64,000 nt of DNA from an uncultured Acidimicrobiia bacterium (lineage in GTDB: Bacteria; Actinomycetota; Acidimicrobiia; Spongiisociales; UBA4744). Made by a program: the position numbers and the translations under genes. The notes below the pieces were generated by a model, which saw only the letters and a program-made list of their open reading frames with translations, was not told the origin of the DNA and did not search any database. The stretch spans positions 22,509-86,508 of the forward strand of contig CAZQMF010000001.1 of assembly GCA_964594235.1 (NCBI GenBank), given 5' to 3'. Below are positions 10,266-18,622 of this stretch, piece after piece (the stretch's first letter is position 1; every line of letters begins with the position of its first letter).

Positions 10266-11747
10266 ATGACCGACGGTGAGAATGTGGCCGACCGCCTCCA
10301 ACTGATAGACGGGTCATTCGAAGCCGGAGCCGGTTCTCCACTTGTTGTCGTCGACCCGGCGACAGGCACGGAGATCGACCAGGTTGCAACGGCCTCTCGC
10401 GAGCAAGTCGATCGTGCGGTGGCGGGGGCGAGACGGGCACAGAAGCTGTGGTGGGGCGCCGCACAGCAGGAACGAAGCGACGCGATGCACGCGATCGCCG
10501 CCGAGATCCGAAGACGAACCGATGACATCGCGGACATCGTCACGAGAGAGACCGGCCGTCCCTACTCGAGGAATCTCCTCTACGTGGACATGATCTCCAA
10601 CCTCTTCAGGCAGTACGCCGAGCTGTCGCGCGTCCACGGAGGACGCGTCGCTCCCTCAAACGATCCGGGGCAACTGTCTCTTGTCCTGCGCGTGCCATAC
10701 GGTGTCGTCGCAACCCTTGTCCCATGGAACTACCCACTGCTGCTGCTTGCATTCAAGGTCGCGCCGGCCCTCGCGACCGGCAACACGGTTGTTATCAAGC
10801 CTGCCTCGGAGACGGCCCTCACAACGCTGGTCCTCGCCGAGGTGTTTCATGCCACGACCCCTCCGGGCGTCGTCAATGTCGTCGTGGGTAGCGGATCAAC
10901 GGTCGGAGAGCAGCTCGTTTCGCATCCGGGCACCGATATGGTGGCCTTCACCGGTTCCACCGAGGTGGGCATTCGCATCGGAGAGGTGTGCGCCCGTATG
11001 ACCAAACCCGCCCATCTCGAGCTTGGCGGGAAGGACCCGGCGATCGTGTTTGGAGACGTCGATCCCGAACTGGCCGCCAGGGCCGTCGTGTGGGCGTCGT
11101 TCCTGAATGCAGGTCAAGTGTGCACGTCAACCGAGCGTGTCTACGTGCACGACAGCATCTACGACGGGTTCCTCGAAGCTGTGGCCGAAATCACCTCGGG
11201 GCTTCGAGTTGGGAACCCGTTCGATTCGGCAACCCAGATAGGCCCGATGCGCAACGAGTCCGCCAGAGAAAAGGTACTCGCACAGCTGGGAGAGGCCGAG
11301 AAGGCTGGAGCGAAGATCGTGGTCGGAGGAGACATCCCTGAGGGGTCCACCGGGTTCTACCTTCGGCCCACGGTCGTGGTCGACGTCACCCACGAGATGT
11401 CCCTCATGCAAGAGGAGACATTCGGCCCCGTGCTCCCCATCATGCGCTTTCGCGAGCCCGACGAAGCGTTTGCCCTCGCAGCCGACACCCCATACGGGCT
11501 GGGGGCGAGCATCTACACGCACGATGCCGGTCTCGTGGGACGCGCCTACGAGCAGCTTCAGGTCGGAACGGTGTGGGTCAACGATCCTGTCGTCGACAAC
11601 CTGGCCGCTCCGTTCGGCGGGATGCGAGCCTCGGGAAACGCCAGAGAGTTGGGTTTGGAAGGTATGGAGTCGTTCACCGCGGCCCGACATGTTCATTGGA
11701 ACCTCGATCTGCACAACAAACCCTGGTGGTACGGAAAGGACAACTGA
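10266..11747 (+). CDS. NAD(P)-dependent aldehyde dehydrogenase (aminoaldehyde/betaine-aldehyde dehydrogenase-like)
   Basis: Catalytic Cys NAGQVCTSTERV; Glu LELGGKDP. Start ATG 10266 (alternative 10224). Divergent from the neighbouring ALDH. Confidence 0.88.
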   Translation: MTDGENVADRLQLIDGSFEAGAGSPLVVVDPATGTEIDQVATASREQVDRAVAGARRAQKLWWGAAQQERSDAMHAIAAEIRRRTDDIADIVTRETGRPYSRNLLYVDMISNLFRQYAELSRVHGGRVAPSNDPGQLSLVLRVPYGVVATLVPWNYPLLLLAFKVAPALATGNTVVIKPASETALTTLVLAEVFHATTPPGVVNVVVGSGSTVGEQLVSHPGTDMVAFTGSTEVGIRIGEVCARMTKPAHLELGGKDPAIVFGDVDPELAARAVVWASFLNAGQVCTSTERVYVHDSIYDGFLEAVAEITSGLRVGNPFDSATQIGPMRNESAREKVLAQLGEAEKAGAKIVVGGDIPEGSTGFYLRPTVVVDVTHEMSLMQEETFGPVLPIMRFREPDEAFALAADTPYGLGASIYTHDAGLVGRAYEQLQVGTVWVNDPVVDNLAAPFGGMRASGNARELGLEGMESFTAARHVHWNLDLHNKPWWYGKDN

Positions 11748-13054
11748 TGAGTCTGCAAGGTGAGAAGACCGCTGCCTGGTTCCAGAGGGCACGTGCGAAT
11801 CTCGTGAACGGTGTATCGAGCGGCTTCCGCTACTGGGGTGAGGACGACTCTCTCGTCATCGACCATGGTGACGGCGCCTACGTCGTCGATATGGACGGGC
11901 GGCGGTACGTCGACTACCAGTGTGGGTTCGGTCCGATCATCCTGGGCCACGGCCACCCCGCCGTAGCCGCAGCGGTCGCCGACGCGGCCGCATCCGGGAC
12001 GACCTTCGCGATGACCTCTCGTCGGGAGGTCGAGGCGGCCGAGAAGTTCCGTGCGGCGGTGTCATGGGTCGACGCACTCAGGTTTACGAACACGGGGACA
12101 GAAGCAACGATGCATGCGATCCGTCTGGCCAGGGGGTTCACAGGTCGCGACATTGTCCTGAAGTTCGAGGGTCAGTACCACGGCGTCCACGACTACGTGA
12201 TGTTCTCGACGGCCAGCGCGCCCCCCTCGGCGCTGGGATCCCGATACCGTCCGATCCCGATCCAAAGCTCGTCCGGCATACCGGACGCCATCCGATCGAC
12301 GATCAGGACGCTTCCGTTCAACGACTTGGAAGCGGTGCAGCGGCTGTTTCGGGACATCGGACACAGGATCGCGGCGATCATCGTCGAGCCGATGCTCGGC
12401 AACGCATTCGGCATCCTGCCCGAGGACGGCTACCTCCAGGGGCTTAGAGACGTCTGCGACGAATACGGGTCGATCCTGATCTTCGACGAGGTCAAGACCG
12501 GCTTCAGGGTGGCGCTCGGAGGAGCCCAGGAGCTCTTCGGAGTCACACCGGACCTCGGCACGTTCGCGAAGGCGATGGGCAATGGATTCCCTGTCGCAGC
12601 CATCGCTGGTCGTGGTGAGGTGATATGGGGCTGGGCGAAAGGAGGCATTGCTCAGGCAGGCACCTATTCAGGCAACGGCGTTGCCGCCGCAGCCGCCGCG
12701 GCGACCATCGGCGTGCTGTCGACGGGTGAACCGTACGAACGGATGCTCAAGACAGGTACGGCACTCATGGAAGGTCTGGAGACGATCTGTGCGGACAAGG
12801 GCGTGCCCGTTCACATCATTGGGGTCCCAGCCATGTTCTCGATCTTCTTCGGGGATGAGCCGCCGAGGGACTTCAGGGACGCGGTCAATCACGATGAGGA
12901 GCTGTATGCCACGGTCGTACGCGGGATGATCCAGCGGGGAGTGATGCCTGTCGACGACGCCAAGGAACCATGGTTCCTGTGCGCCGCCCACGGCGAAGAG
13001 GAAGTTGCCCTATCGCTGACCGCCTTCGAAGAGGCGCTCGGCGAGGCGATCTAA
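11747..13054 (+). CDS. Class-III (HemL-like) pyridoxal-phosphate aminotransferase
   Basis: ATG 11747 overlaps the ALDH stop (TGATG). Blocks GFGPIILGHGHP, FDEVKTGFRVALGG and Lys context TFAKAMGNGFP. Confidence 0.88.
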   Translation: MSLQGEKTAAWFQRARANLVNGVSSGFRYWGEDDSLVIDHGDGAYVVDMDGRRYVDYQCGFGPIILGHGHPAVAAAVADAAASGTTFAMTSRREVEAAEKFRAAVSWVDALRFTNTGTEATMHAIRLARGFTGRDIVLKFEGQYHGVHDYVMFSTASAPPSALGSRYRPIPIQSSSGIPDAIRSTIRTLPFNDLEAVQRLFRDIGHRIAAIIVEPMLGNAFGILPEDGYLQGLRDVCDEYGSILIFDEVKTGFRVALGGAQELFGVTPDLGTFAKAMGNGFPVAAIAGRGEVIWGWAKGGIAQAGTYSGNGVAAAAAAATIGVLSTGEPYERMLKTGTALMEGLETICADKGVPVHIIGVPAMFSIFFGDEPPRDFRDAVNHDEELYATVVRGMIQRGVMPVDDAKEPWFLCAAHGEEEVALSLTAFEEALGEAI

Positions 13055-13063
13055 GGAGACATC

Positions 13064-14218
13064 ATGCGTATTGCGCTGCTAGGCGCCGGCATCATCGGGC
13101 GCGTTGTCGCCGGCGACCTGGCGACCTGGGACACACCCGATGAGGTGACCGTTGGCGATTTGGATGGTGAACGGGCTTCTCTCGTGGCCAAAGAACACGG
13201 GTTCGAACACGTGGCGGTCGACGTTGTGGACGGAGCTTCGCTCGACGCGTTCCTGAGAGGGGCAGACGTCGTCGTCAACGCCGCCCAGTACGAAGTCAAC
13301 CTCGCAGTGATGGAGGGAGCGCTGCGTGCGGGCGCCCACTATCTCGATCTCGGCGGGCTCTTCCACACGACCCGTAAGCAGCTTCTGTTGGACGAGCGCT
13401 TTCGGGAAGCGGGCTTGACAGCCGTGCTTGGTATCGGATCGTGCCCCGGCATCGCGAACGTGCACGCAGGGGACCTGGCATCGAGGATGGACACCGTCCG
13501 GTCGGTGAAGATCTACAACGGTGCGACGGTGGATCAGTCGGACACGCTGAAGTGGCCGTACTCGCTGTGGACGATCTTCGACGAGATCACCGAGCGACCG
13601 ATGGTGTTCCGGAGTGGAGTCTTCGTTGACGTGGAGCCTCTGTCCGAAGAGGAGATGTTCCCGTTCCGCGAGCCGATCGGCAATGCCAAGACCCACCTGT
13701 CTCTCCACTCCGAAGTGGCCACGATCCCGCTCAGCCTCGCCGACAAGGACATCGAGGCGTGCGAGTTCAAGATCAGATTCTTCGGTTTCAGCGAGGGCGC
13801 TCTTCGCAAACTCGAGTTCCTCGCCTCTCTCGGGCTCGCATCGAAGGAACCACGCCCCGACGGTACGGTTCCGCGAAAGCTGCTCGTCGACCTGCTCGAG
13901 GAGTTGCGTCCGGAACCGCCGAGACACGCGGGCTTCAAGGACATCGCGACGGTCGCCGAAGGCACCAGGGGCGGAGCACCCATCGCGCTGCGACTCGACT
14001 CGACGGCCTGGCCCTCGAAGGAACTCGGTGTGGCTGGCGGAACGATGGTGGTTGCGTCGCCCGCTGCCATCGTTGGGAGATGGCTCGCGAGCGGCCAGCT
14101 GTCGAAGCCGGGCGTCTGTCCGCCGGAGACCTCTGTGCCGCCGGAGCCGTTCTATGAGGCCCTCGCGGTGCGCGGAGTGACAACGACCCTTGAAGAGACG
14201 ACGACGCTGGCGGGGTGA
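13064..14218 (+). CDS. Saccharopine-dehydrogenase-family NAD(P) oxidoreductase
   Basis: 384-aa ORF. N-terminal Rossmann motif MRIALLGAGIIGRVVAGDL and GIGSCPGIANV block. Confidence 0.82.
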   Translation: MRIALLGAGIIGRVVAGDLATWDTPDEVTVGDLDGERASLVAKEHGFEHVAVDVVDGASLDAFLRGADVVVNAAQYEVNLAVMEGALRAGAHYLDLGGLFHTTRKQLLLDERFREAGLTAVLGIGSCPGIANVHAGDLASRMDTVRSVKIYNGATVDQSDTLKWPYSLWTIFDEITERPMVFRSGVFVDVEPLSEEEMFPFREPIGNAKTHLSLHSEVATIPLSLADKDIEACEFKIRFFGFSEGALRKLEFLASLGLASKEPRPDGTVPRKLLVDLLEELRPEPPRHAGFKDIATVAEGTRGGAPIALRLDSTAWPSKELGVAGGTMVVASPAAIVGRWLASGQLSKPGVCPPETSVPPEPFYEALAVRGVTTTLEETTTLAG

Positions 14219-14235
14219 AGCCAGGTTGTCGGAAA

Positions 14236-14258
14236 GCTGACGGCTCACAGCCGACAGC
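14236..14258. terminator. Imperfect hairpin between convergent genes
   Basis: GCTGACGGCT-CAC-AGCCGACAGC: 10-bp arms with one mismatch. No U-tract. Confidence 0.3.
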
Positions 14259-14352
14259 TGACGGCAAGACGGCCCGTTCCGGTTGACTGGTTGACCCCTA
14301 CTCGCTTCGCTCGCTGGGGAGGAAAACGAGTATGCCGGGGACTGGGGATTGG

Positions 14353-15612
14353 CTACGGCACCAATTTGGCCGAGGGTTGGGCTGCGGCCTCCCCTTCGAT
14401 CGCGCCGATCTTCTGGAGGCCCCGATAGGCGATGGCGGCGGCCAGCAACGTGGCCACGCCGCCGAGTCCGAGGCCGAAACGGGGGCCGATGTGCTCGCCG
14501 ATCCACCCGACGATTGGTCCACCGATCGGCGTCGAACCAAGGAACGCGACTGCCCATAGTCCCATCACCCTGCCGCGCATCTCCGAAGTGGAACGAAGCT
14601 GAAGCGTCGCGTTGCCGAGCGCGAGGAAGCTGATGCTTGCCGCCCCGACTACCGCCATCGCCGCGTACTCGATGACCAATGTCGGAGCGAAAGACGCCAG
14701 TACTTGCGTGGCTCCAAACAAGGCGCCGGTTCTGGCCAGTGCCACCGCAGGTCGTGCCTTCCTGGAAGCTGTGAACAGGCCGCCGGCGACGGCGCCTCCG
14801 CCCATGAAGGCAGTCATCGTCGCGAAGGTGCCCGCGTCGCCACCGAACGTGAACTTCGCGATGAGCGGCAGGACCACTTGGAACTCGTAGGCGAGCATCC
14901 CCACCACCGCCATCATCAGCAGCGGTGTTCTGAGCGCCGGGGTCGTCCACACGTACCGCAAGCCTTCGCGCAGCTGCCCGGCCCTTCTGCTCTGAGGCGG
15001 CACGGCGTAGAGGTCTCCATGGTGCATGAGCGCCAGCGCGGTGATCACTGCCAGGTAGGTAGCTGCATTCACGAGGAAACAGGGGCCAAGTCCGACGGTA
15101 ACGATGAGTGCACCGGCGGCCGCCGGACCAAGCACTCGCGCCAGATTCACGAGTACCGAGTTGAGACTGACCGCGCTCGTGAGTTTCTCCCGTCCGACCA
15201 TCTCGAGAACGAACGTCTGGCGTGTCGGGTTGTCGATGCTCGCCACGAGGCCGAGAGCACCCGCGAGTACATACACCATCCACAGTTTCACGACATGTGT
15301 GATGACGAGAATGCCGAGGATCGCAGCGAGTACTGCTGCGAGGCTCTGGGTGACGAACAACAGACGCCTCTTGTCGAACCTGTCGGCAATGACCCCACCC
15401 AACGGGGCCAGAAAGAGGAGAGGGAGAAACTGGACAGCGGTGACCAGGCCGATTGCGGTCCCGCTTCCGGTCAGCTCGAGGACCAACCACGACTGTGCGA
15501 TACGTTGCATCCATGTCCCAGAGACCGACAGGGTCTGGCCGATGAAGTACAGACGGAAGTTTCGAACAGCCAGGGGAGAGAACGCTCGGGACGCCCATGC
15601 GGGTGCGGTCAT
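14353..15612 (-). CDS. MFS transporter (EntS/MFS_3-like efflux)
   Basis: 419-aa, roughly 12-TM ORF. N-terminus FRLYFIGQTLSVSGTWMQ and loop GGVIADRFDKRRLL. Its start overlaps the end of the upstream MarR gene by 4 nt. Confidence 0.85.
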   Translation of the reverse strand: MTAPAWASRAFSPLAVRNFRLYFIGQTLSVSGTWMQRIAQSWLVLELTGSGTAIGLVTAVQFLPLLFLAPLGGVIADRFDKRRLLFVTQSLAAVLAAILGILVITHVVKLWMVYVLAGALGLVASIDNPTRQTFVLEMVGREKLTSAVSLNSVLVNLARVLGPAAAGALIVTVGLGPCFLVNAATYLAVITALALMHHGDLYAVPPQSRRAGQLREGLRYVWTTPALRTPLLMMAVVGMLAYEFQVVLPLIAKFTFGGDAGTFATMTAFMGGGAVAGGLFTASRKARPAVALARTGALFGATQVLASFAPTLVIEYAAMAVVGAASISFLALGNATLQLRSTSEMRGRVMGLWAVAFLGSTPIGGPIVGWIGEHIGPRFGLGLGGVATLLAAAIAYRGLQKIGAIEGEAAAQPSAKLVP

Positions 15613-16031
15613 GACTCCTCCGTAATCCGCTCGAGCAGCGAAATCGCCCTGGAGAGGACGAGCATTTCGTCGTCGGTCATCTCGGAGAGGCGGGCCGCAA
15701 GGAACGCCGTCCGTCGCTCACGGATCGCGGTCAGAAGATCGTGGGCTTCAGGGGTGATCGACACGACAGTAGAGCGGGCGTCGTTCGGATTCGCTTCACG
15801 GGTGACCAGACCACGATCTTCGAGGCGCGCGGCGATACCGGTCATCGATGGGGGAGTGACTCGCTCGATCACAGCAAGATCGCTCATGCGCAGTGGACCC
15901 TCTCGATCGAGGGTCGCGAGAGCCGAACGCTGTGAGGGAGTGAGGTCTCCGAGCGACTCCTGGCGGAGACGTCGAGCCAACCTGCCGACGGCGAGTCGGA
16001 GGGCACTCGCGGTTTGCTGTCGATCGAACAT
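15609..16031 (-). CDS. MarR-family transcriptional regulator
   Basis: Winged-helix core LTPSQRSALATLDREGPLRMSDLAVIERVTPPSMTGIAARLEDRGLV. ATG 16031 is preceded by GAGGAG. The ORF-track start at 16100 is rejected. Confidence 0.85.
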   Translation of the reverse strand: MFDRQQTASALRLAVGRLARRLRQESLGDLTPSQRSALATLDREGPLRMSDLAVIERVTPPSMTGIAARLEDRGLVTREANPNDARSTVVSITPEAHDLLTAIRERRTAFLAARLSEMTDDEMLVLSRAISLLERITEES

Positions 16032-16053
16032 CGGGCTCCTCGAGAGAAGGTAA

Positions 16054-16066
16054 TTAGCTATGCTAA
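16054..16066. promoter_or_regulatory. Candidate MarR operator in divergent promoter region
   Basis: Inverted repeat TTAGC-TAT-GCTAA within the only AT-rich patch (aaggtaattagctatgctaacgaaa) between the MarR start (16031) and the oxidoreductase start (16094). It overlaps TAnnnT -10-like hexamers on both strands. Confidence 0.4.
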
Positions 16067-16093
16067 CGAAATGGGGGAGCAGAGTGAATCGAA

Positions 16094-17224
16094 GTGACAC
16101 TCCTTGGCACTACGCTTTCGGAGATGACCGCCTACGAGTTCACCGACGGAGCAACTGCGATCGTTCGGGGCGCTCTCGACGCAGGGTGCGACTTCTTTGC
16201 CGGATACCCGATCACTCCAGCATCGCAGATTCTCATGATGATGATGGCGGAGCTGCCGAAGGTTGGCGGCATCGCCATGCAGGGAGAGGATGAGATCGCC
16301 TCGATCGGGATGTGCATCGGGGCAACGATGGCCGGTGCGCGCTCGATGACTGCCACATCCGGCCCCGGGATCAGCCTCTACTCGGAGAACATCGGGATGG
16401 CCATCATGGGCGAAGTACCCCTCGTCGTCGTCGATGTGCAACGCCTCGGGCCGAGCACCGGCGGGGCGACGACCGCCGCCCAGGGCGACGTCCAGTTCGT
16501 CCGGTGGGGAACCGGAGGCGGCTATCCCATCATCGCACTGGCCCCCTCGTCGATCGCCGAGTGCTACTCCCTGACGATGAGAGCATTCGACCTCGCGGAG
16601 CGATTCCGGTGTCCTGTCTTTCTCCTGACGGACAAAGAACTCAACCTCACACGCAACACCGTCGCCGCCGATGCGTACGTCAGAGTGCCCGTCCGGGACA
16701 GGGAACTCACCGAAGGGAGCGCACCGTACCGGTTCGGAGGAAACGCGGCTCCGATGGAACTTTATGGAACGGGGGTCGTCCGGTTCACCGGATCCAGTCA
16801 CAACGAAGAAGCCGTTATCACCAAGGATCCTGCCGTCGTAGGCAGACTGAACGAGCACCTTCGGGACAAGATTCTGCTACACCGCGACGAGATCGAGCTG
16901 CTCGACGTCGACCGAGATCCAGAAGCAGCAACGGTTCTCGTCTCCTACGGGATCACTGCCGGTGCCATGCGGGAAGCGGTCTCGATGGCACGAGCGAAGG
17001 GCACGCATGTTTCATCGGTCACCGTGCAGAGTCTGTGGCCCCTGCCTGAGACGGGCTTGCTCGATGCGTTCGAGGGTACCGAGCGGGTCGTCGTGGCCGA
17101 GCTCAACCCCGGACTCTACGTGCGCGAGATCGAACGGATCGCAGGGAGTCGAGAGGTCGCCGGTCTTCAGCGGATCGACGGTGAACTGATCTCGCCGAGG
17201 CAGTTTCTGGAGTTCCTACCATGA
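16094..17224 (+). CDS. 2-oxoacid:ferredoxin oxidoreductase alpha subunit
   Basis: 376-aa ORF with GYPITPASQI, TATSGPGISL and VVDVQRLGPSTG blocks. Start is GTG 16094 or ATG 16124. Confidence 0.85.
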   Translation: MTLLGTTLSEMTAYEFTDGATAIVRGALDAGCDFFAGYPITPASQILMMMMAELPKVGGIAMQGEDEIASIGMCIGATMAGARSMTATSGPGISLYSENIGMAIMGEVPLVVVDVQRLGPSTGGATTAAQGDVQFVRWGTGGGYPIIALAPSSIAECYSLTMRAFDLAERFRCPVFLLTDKELNLTRNTVAADAYVRVPVRDRELTEGSAPYRFGGNAAPMELYGTGVVRFTGSSHNEEAVITKDPAVVGRLNEHLRDKILLHRDEIELLDVDRDPEAATVLVSYGITAGAMREAVSMARAKGTHVSSVTVQSLWPLPETGLLDAFEGTERVVVAELNPGLYVREIERIAGSREVAGLQRIDGELISPRQFLEFLP

Positions 17225-18531
17225 GCGTCGAGACGTACCGCAACGACAGCGCGTATCCCTTCTGTCCGGGGTGCGGCCACGGGTCGATCCTCGACGCACT
17301 CGACGAAGCACTCGTCACGCAGCAGATCGACCCGGCTCGGCTCGTGATCGTCAGCGACATCGGGTGCTCGGGCCTATCGGACCAATACTTCGGAACGAGC
17401 GCCTTTCACGGCCTCCACGGTCGCAGTTTGACCTACGCGACAGGCATCAAACTCGCACGGCCAGATCTACATGTCGTGGTCATCATGGGCGATGGCGGGA
17501 CGGGCATCGGCGGCGCCCATCTGCTGAACGCAGCCCGCCGCAACATTGGACTCACGCTGCTCGTCTTCAACAACATGAACTATGGGATGACCGGCGGGCA
17601 GCACTCGACGACCACGCCGACCGGCTCGATCACGTCGACCACACCAGGCGGAAACCTGGAACATCCCCTGGACCTCTGCGCAACCGTTGGGGTGAACGGC
17701 GCGGCGTACGTGTACAGGGGCACCAATTTCGACGCCGACCTCTCAGAGCGAATTGTCGAAGGAATGCAAACCCCTGGGTTTGCACTGCTGGACATTTGGG
17801 ATCTGTGCACCGCGTATTTCGTACCCAACAACACGTTCGGCAAACGGTCGCTCATGGCTGCACAAGAAGAGCTCGGACTTCCCCCAGGGGTCCTGTACCG
17901 ACGTGAGGTTGACGAGTATGCCGCCGCGTACCGAGCCGCGGCGGAGCGATCCAAAGCATCCAAACCGCTTCGAGTCCGGGCGATGGTTCCGGAGTCGACG
18001 TCGTCACTCGATCGAACCGTGAACATCATGGTGGCCGGCTCCGCTGGAGCGAAGGTGAGGTCCGCTGCTCGGATGATCGCGGAAGCGGCTATCAGGTCCG
18101 ATCTGTACGCAGCGCAGCGAGACGACTATCCGATCACTGTGAAGACGGGCCACTCGGTCTCCCAGCTCGTCTTGAGCCCTCGCACCATCGACTTTCCCGG
18201 AATGGACAAACCCGACGTGATCGTCATCCTCAGTGAGGACGGCCGTCGCAAGGCATCGCGATACCTGCCGGACATGAAGGGTGCGGTGTTCGTGGTGCCC
18301 GAGTTCGCCGAGCTGGCCACCAGCGGCACGATTACGGTGTTGGATCCGAAGTCGGCGCCGGAGCGCATCGGGAAGTCGGAACTCGCACTCGCCATGCTCG
18401 CGGGGGCGGTCGTCCACGAGGGACTGCTCGACGCCGATGTGCTCCGCAGAGCGGTCGGCGCCCACCCGGCGTTCGCCGAGAAGAACCTGGCGGCGGTCGA
18501 AGCGGGCCTGGCGATGACAGGAGTGAGCTAG
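17221..18531 (+). CDS. 2-oxoacid:ferredoxin oxidoreductase beta subunit with fused gamma-like C-terminal domain
   Basis: ATGA overlap with the alpha gene. CPGCGHG cluster Cys. TPP block GDGGTGIGGAHLLNAARRNIGLTLLVFNNMNYGMTGGQ. C-terminal ~190 aa (NIMVAGSAGAKVRSAARMIAEAA...) resembles the gamma subunit. Confidence 0.85.
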   Translation: MSVETYRNDSAYPFCPGCGHGSILDALDEALVTQQIDPARLVIVSDIGCSGLSDQYFGTSAFHGLHGRSLTYATGIKLARPDLHVVVIMGDGGTGIGGAHLLNAARRNIGLTLLVFNNMNYGMTGGQHSTTTPTGSITSTTPGGNLEHPLDLCATVGVNGAAYVYRGTNFDADLSERIVEGMQTPGFALLDIWDLCTAYFVPNNTFGKRSLMAAQEELGLPPGVLYRREVDEYAAAYRAAAERSKASKPLRVRAMVPESTSSLDRTVNIMVAGSAGAKVRSAARMIAEAAIRSDLYAAQRDDYPITVKTGHSVSQLVLSPRTIDFPGMDKPDVIVILSEDGRRKASRYLPDMKGAVFVVPEFAELATSGTITVLDPKSAPERIGKSELALAMLAGAVVHEGLLDADVLRRAVGAHPAFAEKNLAAVEAGLAMTGVS

Positions 18532-18622
18532 GGCTCGCGGGGCGACTCCTAGCTCGTATCTCGTACCTCGTACCCGGCGGCAGGGTGGAAGACGCCTTCG
18601 GCCTCCGCCAGGACAGGGGCTG

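Noticed and set aside
10201-10464. Upstream extensions of ORF-track genes. Examples: ALDH to 10464, FTCD to 20422, pafA to 31071, dop to 28082, GNAT to 40216, potC to 6477
   Set aside because: Each extension overlaps a neighbouring supported gene or is Arg/Pro-rich. Internal starts with SD sites or 1/4-nt stop-start overlaps give family-typical N-termini.
13079-15598. 839-aa ORF on the minus strand spanning the saccharopine-dehydrogenase-like gene and the MFS gene
   Set aside because: Arg/Pro/Gly/Ser-rich, low-complexity translation with no motifs. It overlaps two well-supported genes. This is a typical antisense or off-frame shadow ORF of a high-GC genome.
18553-18573. Three tandem heptamers CTCGTAT-CTCGTAC-CTCGTAC in the convergent gap after the oxidoreductase operon
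   Set aside because: Very short microsatellite-like repeat with no flanking structure or coding context. Insufficient to call a functional element.
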